Below the pieces are notes generated by a model. That model saw nothing but the letters and a program-made list of their open reading frames with translations. It was not told the origin of the DNA and made no database searches. A stretch of 42,138 nt of DNA from a virus: the UHGV virus genome UHGV-0055357, one strand, 5' to 3'. Below are positions 8,167-16,866 of the stretch, piece by piece. A program made the position numbers and the translations under genes. The stretch's first letter is position 1. Each line of letters begins with the position of its first letter.

Positions 8167-8852
8167 CACCCGAATTATACCGCGCAATTGAAAACCGTGC
8201 TGGGCGAGCGTTATCGCGCATGTCGGGCGCTAACGCAGATCAGGCAAGGGTTATTAATCCCGAAGCTGAAAACCTTGTTGACGCGCTATTCAGACAGCTT
8301 AGACAGGTTTTTCCTGCCTCCACGCAGACCAATTTAAAAACCGCTGCCGATGAAAAAACCGCAAAGCAGCAATGGATCGCCGCGTTCGCAGAGGCAGGCA
8401 TCAGCCAGCGTGAACAGTTATCAAACGGCATGGCAAAGGCTCGCGCCAGTGCGTCGCCTTTCTGGCCTTCACCCGGTCAGTTCATCGCATGGTGCCGTGA
8501 AGGGAAAGGCGTGCTGGGTATCTGCGCCGCTGACGTCATGACCGAGTACTGGAACTGGCGAAAACTGGTTTTTCGTTATCCAACGAGTGAGCAATACCCG
8601 TGGACACAGCCGGTTATGTACCACCTGTGTATTGAGTTACGTCGCCGGGGAACTGAGGGCCAGATGACCGAAAATGAGTTAACCGCGCTCGCTGGAAAGC
8701 TGTTGGTTGACTGGGAAAAACGCGTAATGGACGGCAAGCCGATTCCGCCAGTTCGCCGCGCACTGGCGGCACCTTGTGCTCCGAGGGGGAAAACTCCGGC
8801 GCAGGAATTACTGGAAAAATATAACGCTCGCAAATCTGCCGGGCTGATTTAA
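8163..8852 (+). CDS. P: replication protein P (helicase loader)
   Basis: 229 aa. FPAS, SPGQFIAWCREG and EQYPW motifs match lambda P. ATGA overlap with O. Confidence 0.9.
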   Translation: MTPELYRAIENRAGRALSRMSGANADQARVINPEAENLVDALFRQLRQVFPASTQTNLKTAADEKTAKQQWIAAFAEAGISQREQLSNGMAKARASASPFWPSPGQFIAWCREGKGVLGICAADVMTEYWNWRKLVFRYPTSEQYPWTQPVMYHLCIELRRRGTEGQMTENELTALAGKLLVDWEKRVMDGKPIPPVRRALAAPCAPRGKTPAQELLEKYNARKSAGLI

Positions 8853-9215
8853 ACAGGAGGTTTTATGAGAAACGATATTTCATGGCGAGGGCATTTATGA
8901 CCGTTGGTGTGGCATTTGCTATAGCGTGGGCGTTAAAAGGATAAATCATGAATGAAATAAGAATATTAAAACTCAGCGGAGTGCATGGCGATCCCGTTTT
9001 TGTGGTCATGAGTTGTATTGAGTCAATGACACACGCAGGTTATACGCTACTGAGGACAACATCTGGTGCGCCGCCATACCCAACCATTCCGAGAATGAGC
9101 GCGATATGATGAGCCACGGTGATAACCCTCGGTCGAATGCTTTTTGTGAGCTTCTGGCGTTCCGGTGTAACCAAAAGTGCATTAACAAAAATTAATCATC
9201 TAACAGGAAATATTT

Positions 9216-9464
9216 ATGAGTAAATCATTAGAAGATTTAAACGCTGTTCTTTTTTCGCAGATTGATAAGCTTTCCACGGAAGAGCCTGGAGATAAACTGT
9301 CAGAGGAGATTAAGCGCTCCAAGGCGATGGTGGGGGTAGCGGATACTATTATCGCAAACTCGCGTTTGGTATTCGATATCTATGAATCGCAAGGAGGCAT
9401 GAAATCTATAGAAAATCGACCGGACATTTTGCGAGTTAAAAAACATACTGGCAATGGGAAATAG
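9216..9464 (+). CDS. hypothetical protein
   Basis: ORF track, 82 aa. First gene of a tightly packed three-gene unit with the HNH and methyltransferase genes. Confidence 0.5.
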   Translation: MSKSLEDLNAVLFSQIDKLSTEEPGDKLSEEIKRSKAMVGVADTIIANSRLVFDIYESQGGMKSIENRPDILRVKKHTGNGK

Positions 9465-10005
9465 ATTTCATAAGTTCACGGAAGAGCAAAAATGCTGGTT
9501 ATTTATTCATAACGAGTTGTCTCGCAGAGAGGCAACTCGATTATTTAACCTGCGATTTCAAACGGAACTCATTGAACAGCAAATAATTAATTTCAGAAAA
9601 CGACACGCTTTGCTTACCGGGAGAACAGGACGGTTTGCTCCAGGGCAAAGCTCGCCATCTCTCTCGGGCGCAAAAGGTCCAAACAGGACGTCATTTAAGC
9701 GTGGACATACTCCAGCCAACAAAGCCCTGGTGGGGGAAGAGAGGGTGAGGGGGGGATACATTTACGTCAAAACGGTTGATGGGCGGTGGAAATTAAAACA
9801 TCGATTGCAGCATGGAGGGCAGGTAGTGAGGTTTTGGGATGGGGACGCAAACAATTTATCACCGGAAAATTTAATTCCAGTTACACGCTCCGAACATCTT
9901 ATTTTAAACAGAACGGGGTATTCACATACACCAGAACCCGTAAGGGATGCCCATATTGCCGTTGCAAAATTGAAAGCAAAGATCATTGAGGTAAAGAAAA
10001 AATGA
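9454..10005 (+). CDS. HNH endonuclease (HNH_3-like)
   Basis: 183 aa. HRLQHGGQVVRFWDGDANNLSPENLIPVTRSEH matches the HNH catalytic pattern (His, Asn-Asn, final Glu-His). 4-nt overlap with the downstream methyltransferase. Confidence 0.7.
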   Translation: MGNRFHKFTEEQKCWLFIHNELSRREATRLFNLRFQTELIEQQIINFRKRHALLTGRTGRFAPGQSSPSLSGAKGPNRTSFKRGHTPANKALVGEERVRGGYIYVKTVDGRWKLKHRLQHGGQVVRFWDGDANNLSPENLIPVTRSEHLILNRTGYSHTPEPVRDAHIAVAKLKAKIIEVKKK

Positions 10006-11534
10006 GCATTGCAAATGAACTCTGGCAGGCCGTTGACATATTGCGCGGAGAGGTAAAATCCTCAGAGTACGGAAAATATATTCTACCACTCGTTATCCTG
10101 CGCAGGATAGAGCAGGTTAGTGACGTGGAGACATTACATTCAATCACCACAGGTGCAGAACTAGCGCGGCATATAGCAACCCTTTCGGGTACAGTGCGGA
10201 ATATTTTATCCTGTTTTGATTTTGACAAAACAATCAATAAAACACATGACACAATAGTACAGCAGTTGGCCTTAGCGTTTTCCTGCATTGATGTTCACCC
10301 GGATCGCGTAAATTCTGGCGATATGGGCATGATATTTGAGGATATGATCCACCGTTTCGCGAGTGATGAAACGGCGGGCGAATTCTACACGCCAACGGAT
10401 ATAGTGAAACTGATTACAGAACTGGTGATTCCACTGGATATCTCCAGTGAGGTGGCAATATACGATCCGACCTGCGGGACGGGGGGGATACTCGGCGCGG
10501 CGGAGGAGGTTATTCGTACTCGCCGCCCTGGAGCTGACGTTACATTATATGGTCAGGAATTGAATCCCGAATCTTTCGCCATTTGCCGTGCAGATATGTT
10601 ATTGCGCGGCAGGGATCCTGAAAATATCAGGCTGGGCAATACATTATCCGAGGACAAACTGGCGGGGCGTACATTCGATTTTATTCTCTCTAATCCACCG
10701 TATGGGGTGGACTGGAAAAAAATCGATAAGCTTGTACGAGCTGAACACTGTCAGGGGTTTGCAGGCCGTTACCCAGCGGGGTTACCCCGTGTGTCGGACG
10801 GTTCTCTCCTGTTTGTGCAGCACGTTATCAGCAAGCTGGCACCGGGCGGTCGCGCAGGAATTGTACTCAACGGCTCGCCATTATTTACTGGTGGAGCGGG
10901 CAGTGGAGAGAGCCAAATTCGCAGACACATACTGGAAAACGACCTGCTGGATTGTATTATCGGACTGCCAAAAGACATGTTCTATAACACAGGGATCACC
11001 ACGTACATCTGGATACTGACAAATGAAAAGAGAGTAGAACGAAAAGGGCTGGTCACGCTAATTGATGCATCTGACCTATTTGAAAAAATGCGCAAATCTC
11101 AGGGCAATAAGCGCAATCAGCTGACTGACGCTCAGATCGCTGAAATCGTCAAGTTGTACCGTGATAATCAACCAGGTGAAAAAGTTAAGATTTTTCCGTA
11201 CACCGCTTTTGGTTTCCGCCGAATCACTGTTAAGCGCCCGGACGAGAACGGGAAACCCGATAAAAATAAACGCGATAATGAAAACGTGCCGCTGGGTGAG
11301 AATATCGACGCGTATTTTGCCAGAGAGGTTACGCCACACGTTCCTGACGCCTGGATTGACAGAAAGAAGCGAGATCCGGTTGACGGGGAGGTTGGGATTG
11401 TTGGCTATGAAATACCCTTTAATCGTCATTTTTATGTTTATGTCCCACCGCGTCCCCTTGAAGAAATTGACGCTGAGCTCGCGAGCGTAAGCCGTGAAAT
11501 TGCTGCAATGCTTGCCGAGATGCAAGCGTATTAG
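10002..11534 (+). CDS. N6-adenine DNA methyltransferase, HsdM-like, no adjacent specificity subunit
   Basis: 510 aa. SAM-binding motif I IYDPTCGTGGIL, catalytic motif IV SNPPYG, C-terminal GYEIPFNRHFYVY motif as in type I M subunits. No HsdS or HsdR helicase gene nearby. Confidence 0.85.
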   Translation: MSIANELWQAVDILRGEVKSSEYGKYILPLVILRRIEQVSDVETLHSITTGAELARHIATLSGTVRNILSCFDFDKTINKTHDTIVQQLALAFSCIDVHPDRVNSGDMGMIFEDMIHRFASDETAGEFYTPTDIVKLITELVIPLDISSEVAIYDPTCGTGGILGAAEEVIRTRRPGADVTLYGQELNPESFAICRADMLLRGRDPENIRLGNTLSEDKLAGRTFDFILSNPPYGVDWKKIDKLVRAEHCQGFAGRYPAGLPRVSDGSLLFVQHVISKLAPGGRAGIVLNGSPLFTGGAGSGESQIRRHILENDLLDCIIGLPKDMFYNTGITTYIWILTNEKRVERKGLVTLIDASDLFEKMRKSQGNKRNQLTDAQIAEIVKLYRDNQPGEKVKIFPYTAFGFRRITVKRPDENGKPDKNKRDNENVPLGENIDAYFAREVTPHVPDAWIDRKKRDPVDGEVGIVGYEIPFNRHFYVYVPPRPLEEIDAELASVSREIAAMLAEMQAY

Positions 11535-11908
11535 TCTTTTCTTGACGTTCATTTATTCATAATCATACCGTATGCATAAACGGTAAATATTGAGTGTGAT
11601 TATGGGTAAAGATGCTAACTATGACGTGGGCGTGAGCGGGGAGACGATGGGCTTTATAACGCCCAGAAAGTGGGTTTTTTCCAGCGAGCCAAAGTGTATG
11701 GTGGTGGGTGGTGGTTTGGCGGGCTTATCCTGATTGCTTTGTGTTCGAATTTGAGGCGCCCACGTCATTGAGCCAGGGGATCGCATACATTGCCAGCTAC
11801 AACAAAATGGCAGCAATGCCCGAATTCGACGACGACTTTCGGCTTGAACCCTGAGCTGCTCATATACGTTTTGAATAATTGCATTTACCCACAGTGTAGT
11901 TATTTGAG

Positions 11909-12553
11909 GTGTATATGAACGATATCTATGATGATAGCTGGTCTGAAAAATTCATCGAGCGCGTAGAACTGCTGCGCAAACTCGACACTCAGGCTATCAC
12001 TATGCCCCTGTTCCGCGAACGTGCGGAACAGATATTCACTCAAATGTCCGAGCGCGTAATAGCGCGCGCCCGGAAACAACTTGGCGACACAGACGTAACA
12101 GCGGTGTCGTTTGAAGAGGCGATCCGGTATTACGTCGTTGGCGGCAGCGGTGAGCCGGTCCTCGATTATCTCGTTTCCCGCGTTAAACCGTTTTGCGACC
12201 AGATGCGTATATCTGTTGATGCGCACGGCGTAGCGGCGTTCTGTTGTGCGTTCATGATGCTCAAAGGTGATTTGCGCGTGTCCTACGCGTTTTTCACACT
12301 GCTGATGCGCCCGTTAGTGTCCGCGTACAGAATCGGAGATTTCGGGCGCAGGCACGGCGAAAAGGGCGGCAGACCGCATAATCCGCATTATCAGGAGGCG
12401 TTGCAACACGCGGTCAACGTTATAGACGCGCACCCGAACTGTGCGCGGGTATTTCTCGTTAACACGGTCGTATCAAAACTGAGTGAAAAATACAGTGATT
12501 CACCGTCTGCCCGGACTGTGAAACGCTGGTTACAGGCCGCTGGCATTTACTGA
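11909..12553 (+). CDS. hypothetical protein
   Basis: ORF track, 214 aa (GTG at 11909 or ATG at 11915). No family recognised. Confidence 0.55.
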   Translation: MYMNDIYDDSWSEKFIERVELLRKLDTQAITMPLFRERAEQIFTQMSERVIARARKQLGDTDVTAVSFEEAIRYYVVGGSGEPVLDYLVSRVKPFCDQMRISVDAHGVAAFCCAFMMLKGDLRVSYAFFTLLMRPLVSAYRIGDFGRRHGEKGGRPHNPHYQEALQHAVNVIDAHPNCARVFLVNTVVSKLSEKYSDSPSARTVKRWLQAAGIY

Positions 12554-12662
12554 CAATAACCCCGTTTTGTCGGCAATAGGGGGTTTTGCCACTGTCCGCG
12601 ATAATTGCTGATTATTAAAATGCGCCCAATGTTTTTTATTGAGACGCTCCCGGATGAGGTTG

Positions 12663-12682
12663 TACTGTACAAATATACAGTA
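12663..12682. promoter_or_regulatory. LexA (SOS) box
   Basis: TACTGTACAAATATACAGTA matches the CTGT-N8-ACAG consensus with AT-rich centre. Sits 30 bp upstream of the ATG at 12712. Confidence 0.6.
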
Positions 12683-12711
12683 TTTATGTCTCTGATTTAG
12701 CGGGAGATATC

Positions 12712-12912
12712 ATGAAAATCATGAATGATTTAATACCGGACGCAGAGTGCCACACGGGCCTGGTACTGGTGAGAATAGAGGAAGGGCGCATTATTGGCGG
12801 CTTTGTCCTGCGGCCTGACCAATTCGTTACATCAATAACTGAACTGGAGGATGCACGAAAAATGGCAGGTTTGCCAGCATCCTCTTACACTCGCGGCGTA
12901 ACTGATTTATAA
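12712..12912 (+). CDS. small protein under the LexA box, candidate antirepressor
   Basis: 66 aa, GGGAGA ribosome-binding site. Functional call rests on the SOS box and the non-cleavable repressor, not on sequence similarity. Confidence 0.45.
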   Translation: MKIMNDLIPDAECHTGLVLVRIEEGRIIGGFVLRPDQFVTSITELEDARKMAGLPASSYTRGVTDL

Positions 12913-12973
12913 TATTCACCCGCGAGCCTGAACAACTCGCACTGAGTAACACTGTGCCAACGGAGCGATACCG

Positions 12974-13435
12974 ATGGCACTGCAATTCCCCCGTGACGGT
13001 CTGCGCCTTCACAAATCAAATTTTGCTGCGATAGGGCAGCAATTAACGCCGTTGTTAGAGTCGGGCGAATGCTATCGCCTGATTATCAAACCGTGGCGCG
13101 AAAAGCGATCTCTCTCTCAAAACGCGTTATTTCACGCGTGGATGAGCGAACTGAGCGCGTATCTCATTGCCCGCAATAAACCGTTTGCAACGCCAGAGTG
13201 GTGCAAAGACGCCCTCAAACACACGTATCTCGGCTACGAGTCTGTTGAGCGTGTTGATGTGATCACGGGCGATGTGACTGCGGTTCAAAATCTCCGGCAC
13301 ACGTCCGATCTCGACACTGGTGATATGCATGATTTTATGTGCCGCGTTGAGGCGTGGGCGCTAAATATCGGCTGTAAACTCCCGACTCCCCACGATTCTG
13401 AATTTATGCGCCTGCGCGAACGGCAGGAGGCGTAA
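12974..13435 (+). CDS. ninB: NinB / Orf-family recombination protein
   Basis: 153 aa. RSLSQNALFHAW matches the lambda NinB core motif RSLDQNRKLWAC. Confidence 0.8.
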   Translation: MALQFPRDGLRLHKSNFAAIGQQLTPLLESGECYRLIIKPWREKRSLSQNALFHAWMSELSAYLIARNKPFATPEWCKDALKHTYLGYESVERVDVITGDVTAVQNLRHTSDLDTGDMHDFMCRVEAWALNIGCKLPTPHDSEFMRLRERQEA

Positions 13436-13635
13436 TGAAGTACTCCTGGTTTAATCACGACAATTGCACAACTGCTGAGGCTGATGAACTCCAGCAGCGT
13501 TATCGCGCGCGTGGTGTTCAGATAGTGCGAGAACTGAATCCCGATCACGTCACGTGGACTATCAGCGCCCGGCTGCCGGAGAGTGAAAAACCTCCGCGCG
13601 TCCAACGTTGCTGGCAAAACCGGATGTGGGGCTGA
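13435..13635 (+). CDS. hypothetical nin-region protein
   Basis: 66 aa between ninB and ninG, ATGA-coupled to ninB. No family recognised. Confidence 0.4.
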   Translation: MKYSWFNHDNCTTAEADELQQRYRARGVQIVRELNPDHVTWTISARLPESEKPPRVQRCWQNRMWG

Positions 13636-13637
13636 GC

Positions 13638-14243
13638 ATGGCTAAACAACCGAGGCGCAAATGCAAAATCTGCCGCGAGTGGTTTCACCCGGCGGCGTTT
13701 AATATCTGGTGGTGCTGCCCGGATCACGGCGTTGAATACGCGCTACAGCTCCGGGCGAAACAGCGCGAAAAACAGCAGGCAAAAGAAAAGCGGGAGCGGG
13801 CGCAATCAGCGAAAAATGAGCGCGCGAAATGGCGTGAGCGGAAAGCAAAAGTTAAGCCCCTGACACACTGGATCAACATGACACAGCGCGCGTTCAATGA
13901 CCTCTGTCGCGAGACAGACCTGGCAAACGGGGAGGGCTGTATTTCGTGCGGCACACGCGATGCGTTCGCGTGGCACGCGGGACACTACCGGACAACAGCG
14001 GCGGCGGGCCAGTTACGTTTCACCCGTGCCAACGTCAACCTGCAATGCGATGCCTGCAACGTTCACAAATCAGGAAATATCGAGCGTTACCGGATCGGAC
14101 TGGTGCAAAAAATTGGCGAGGCCGCTGTGATGGAGATAGAGAGTAACACCACAGCACACCGCTGGACCGTCGAAGAACTGGCAACAATACGCGCGGAGGC
14201 CCGCACTGGATTACGTGAATTGAAAAAGAGGGTCGCAGCATGA
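13638..14243 (+). CDS. ninG: NinG / Rap-family recombination protein
   Basis: Starts MAKQPRRKCKICREWFHPA, with CISCGT … WHAGHYRTTAAAGQLRF … HKSGN … IESN … HRWT colinear with lambda NinG. Start taken at the ATG at 13638 rather than the track start 13608. Confidence 0.85.
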   Translation: MAKQPRRKCKICREWFHPAAFNIWWCCPDHGVEYALQLRAKQREKQQAKEKRERAQSAKNERAKWRERKAKVKPLTHWINMTQRAFNDLCRETDLANGEGCISCGTRDAFAWHAGHYRTTAAAGQLRFTRANVNLQCDACNVHKSGNIERYRIGLVQKIGEAAVMEIESNTTAHRWTVEELATIRAEARTGLRELKKRVAA

Positions 14244-14896
14244 CGTATAACGCCGGTTTTAAATCACTCCCGCTTATAACCAGTGAGGCGCATTTACGCC
14301 GTATCTGGTGTCATGGCAAACGCACTATAACGCCGGGTCAGCGTGTGTGGGTGCGGTATATGTTGAACCTGTGGGGATCTGTGATGGGGGGCGATACTTG
14401 CCCGGGCTGTTCGGGGTCAAGCGTGATAGGGCGCTTAATGATGCAGCAGGAATGGGATCAGGATAGCGCGGATCGCATCATCCATGCTGTTAACAGATTG
14501 CATGAAGAAGGTCTGCGGGGCGAAGAGTTGTTCCGCAAGGCTCGCGAATTGGTGATCCCACAATCCACGACAAAATACTGGCTTGAAAAGACTCAGGCTG
14601 ATGATGACGCGGAGTTCATTGAGCGAGTGATAGTTAAGACGTTGCGAAAAGATAGCCCGATGTACGCGGTTGCGGTTCTCAGGCATTGCTCACACCTCAA
14701 CACGCACCGTGTAGCTGTAACTTTGGCAGGGATGACAGGGACAGATGTGCAGGCCGCTCGAAAGCGGATTGTATGGTGTGAGAAGGTTTTAGAGGAAGAC
14801 TTGTTTTATGCAATGCGGCGAGAACTGAGAGCCGAGCTGACTGATTTACAAAATGGAAGCAGAGCAATGCAAGCCCGTGGCTACTCAGACTTATGA
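14240..14896 (+). CDS. late-gene antiterminator, Q-like
   Basis: 218 aa, directly after ninG and before a hairpin terminator. Cys-rich CPGCSGS motif. Assignment is mainly positional. Confidence 0.5.
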   Translation: MTYNAGFKSLPLITSEAHLRRIWCHGKRTITPGQRVWVRYMLNLWGSVMGGDTCPGCSGSSVIGRLMMQQEWDQDSADRIIHAVNRLHEEGLRGEELFRKARELVIPQSTTKYWLEKTQADDDAEFIERVIVKTLRKDSPMYAVAVLRHCSHLNTHRVAVTLAGMTGTDVQAARKRIVWCEKVLEEDLFYAMRRELRAELTDLQNGSRAMQARGYSDL

Positions 14897-14983
14897 GCAC
14901 TTTTTGTTAATTAAACGAAAAAATAAACTGACACTATTTGTATATGCTCGGCAGTGTTACACATTGAGCAAAACAATTTAAAA

Positions 14984-15008
14984 CCCCGTCAATCAGATGG
15001 GGTTTTTT
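14984..15008 (+). terminator. tR'-like intrinsic terminator downstream of the Q-like gene
   Basis: CCCCGTC-AATCA-GATGGGG followed by TTTTTT, ~85 bp after the Q stop. Position matches lambda tR' ending the short late-promoter transcript. Confidence 0.65.
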
Positions 15009-15140
15009 CATTTAGAAGGTCTTTTTACTACGACTCCCAACACTTTGTATGCATAATGGGTTTGAGTTAACCTTCAAAAATTCGCTTTAATCATTATTTT
15101 TTTGTATCATTTTGAAAAAAAATAGAAATGTAATGAATCA

Positions 15141-16037
15141 ATGACTACGATTATCGCACAAGATTCTGTTTTCGCTGCTGTAGACCAACTTTGGACGGAT
15201 GAAGAAGACAGGCCAGCAGCCGCACCGTTTAAGAAGTATTACGTATTAAATGACTCTATACTTTTCTTTTCCGGCTACATCGACCCAATCTTAGCAATTT
15301 TGGCTGGCTACATCGGTGACCGCATCGGTGTTGATGAGGAGTTCGCCGATTGGATTGCAAAATATGTTGAAGCAGAGCGTAGTACCTGTGAATTCATTGA
15401 GGTGGATAGAAAGAGTGGGGCGATTACCTATTACATAGGTGCGGAGCGATTAAAAGCATTGGGTAGCATTTTTTACTGTGCAGGCTCTGGTTCAACATAT
15501 GCTATCAATTCGTATATTGATAGCGTTAGCATCATCAATACTGGTGGCGCTTTTGACTTTTCGCAGCATGGTCTAAACCTGATTACACGAAGTATGAACA
15601 TTGCTTTCCAAAAGGATCCGTGCTCTGGTGGTGATTTTAACTTTATTATCTGGTTGGAAAATGCTCAGGTCATTGATCGGTTAGACTGGATTGCAGATGC
15701 CCACATCGACAACTACAATAAAAAGATAAAGACTAAAATTATCGAGAGATTTGAAAGCGTAGATTGTCTGAAGGAAATGCTTGCATGGATGAATGATGAG
15801 TCAAAAGAGGATGATAAAGAGATGGAAATTGAAGCGAAAATCTTTGACCAGCAAGACGTGAAGAGTTATAGTCCGCAAACTAATTTAGCAGCAAAAGGAA
15901 GATCCAAAATGAGCAACACTACTCAGCAGAAACCAAGGGTTGCAGTGAAGACCTCGGGTTCTTCTCGAGGTGCAGTGTTAAGCGCATCTTCACTTAAAGC
16001 ACGTTTAGCCCAGCGTAAAGCAGAGGGGCTAAGCTAA
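15141..16037 (+). CDS. HslV / proteasome-beta-like Ntn-hydrolase domain protein with C-terminal extension (moron)
   Basis: 298 aa. N-terminus MTTII (Thr directly after Met), FKKYYVLND aligning with HslV VKKVRRLYND, and CAGSGSTYA aligning with HslV IGSGGPYA. Extra ~110-aa charged/basic tail. AT-rich upstream region and its own terminator. Confidence 0.7.
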   Translation: MTTIIAQDSVFAAVDQLWTDEEDRPAAAPFKKYYVLNDSILFFSGYIDPILAILAGYIGDRIGVDEEFADWIAKYVEAERSTCEFIEVDRKSGAITYYIGAERLKALGSIFYCAGSGSTYAINSYIDSVSIINTGGAFDFSQHGLNLITRSMNIAFQKDPCSGGDFNFIIWLENAQVIDRLDWIADAHIDNYNKKIKTKIIERFESVDCLKEMLAWMNDESKEDDKEMEIEAKIFDQQDVKSYSPQTNLAAKGRSKMSNTTQQKPRVAVKTSGSSRGAVLSASSLKARLAQRKAEGLS

Positions 16038-16058
16038 TTAATTAGCATCATAAAAAAA

Positions 16059-16079
16059 GCGCCTGCGGGCGCTTTTTTT
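16059..16079 (+). terminator. intrinsic terminator after the moron gene
   Basis: AAAAAAA-GCGCC-TGCG-GGCGC-TTTTTTT, 20 bp after the stop at 16037. The A-tract/T-tract symmetry would allow termination in both directions. Confidence 0.7.
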
Positions 16080-16518
16080 GTATTGCCCCTAAACAACCTC
16101 TTCAGGTGGTCTTTTACTCTAAAACGTGATGACTTTCCTTCAGCTTATCAAGATTCAGGCGAGATCGTTATGTTCCATGAATCGCCGAATTTCATGGATT
16201 CAAACTAGAGGGAACTTTGGAGCTTCTAGTTAACTGTCTTCCTGAGGATGTGTAATGGTACTGAATGAGCTTGCAATCTGATGGGGCAGCTTTCTTCAAT
16301 TTCATATACCTCATAAGAAAATTACAACCTTGTAGTGCTGTTTCTCTTGCTCATAGATAACATTCACTACGTTTTGTACTTGCTTGGGGCTTGATTGACT
16401 TAATTCCGTTAGCTTATCTGCAATAAGGCGAAAAAGGTCGATGCGCTTTTCGGCGTAACATTTATCAATCAGTTGCGTTAGCGTCTTATTTACTAATTTC
16501 TTTTAAGGGTGAGATTCA

Positions 16519-16839
16519 ATGCCTCACAAATCATTAGTCGATTTCGTAGCGCGAAACGACGGCACGATCACGCTCATGTTCCTGGCTATTGTCGGCGTTG
16601 TCGGCAGGGTGTTCTACACGGGCGCGCCCTGGCGGCAGGCTGTCGGGGATCTAATTCTCTGTCCGGCAATCACGTTTGCTATTGAGCCGTTGATGCCAAC
16701 TCAAATTTACGGGGTGAAAGTTACGCCTGAGCTGGTGGCGCTGTTGATCGGTATCGGCGGGGTGCACGGGGTTCGCTGGATTGTATCGCAGAGAAAAAAA
16801 CGACTCACAAACGTAACGGATGATAACCAGCCTCGCTAA
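16519..16839 (+). CDS. holin
   Basis: 106 aa, three predicted hydrophobic helices, basic C-terminus, immediately upstream of the endolysin. Confidence 0.65.
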   Translation: MPHKSLVDFVARNDGTITLMFLAIVGVVGRVFYTGAPWRQAVGDLILCPAITFAIEPLMPTQIYGVKVTPELVALLIGIGGVHGVRWIVSQRKKRLTNVTDDNQPR

Positions 16840-16866
16840 TGCGGGGCTTTTTTATGGAGACAGGCC

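Noticed and set aside
11076-11552. 158-aa minus-strand ORF overlapping the 3' end of the methyltransferase gene
   Set aside because: The plus-strand frame carries a conserved HsdM-type C-terminal motif (GYEIPFNRHFYVY); the antisense frame is most likely a chance ORF.
12663-12682. Alternative reading of the LexA-like palindrome as a repressor operator
   Set aside because: It shares no sequence with the operator-like motifs at the immunity region and fits the SOS-box consensus closely.
16081-16518. Possible tRNA gene in the slot between Q and the lysis genes
   Set aside because: I could not find a GGTTCGAATCC-type T-loop or a cloverleaf on either strand by eye; this needs tRNAscan-SE to be certain.
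16829-16853. Hairpin plus T-tract (AGCCTCGC-TAAT-GCGGGGCT-TTTTT) overlapping the holin stop
   Set aside because: It would terminate transcription between holin and endolysin, which is unlikely to be complete. Possibly an attenuator, but too uncertain to annotate.
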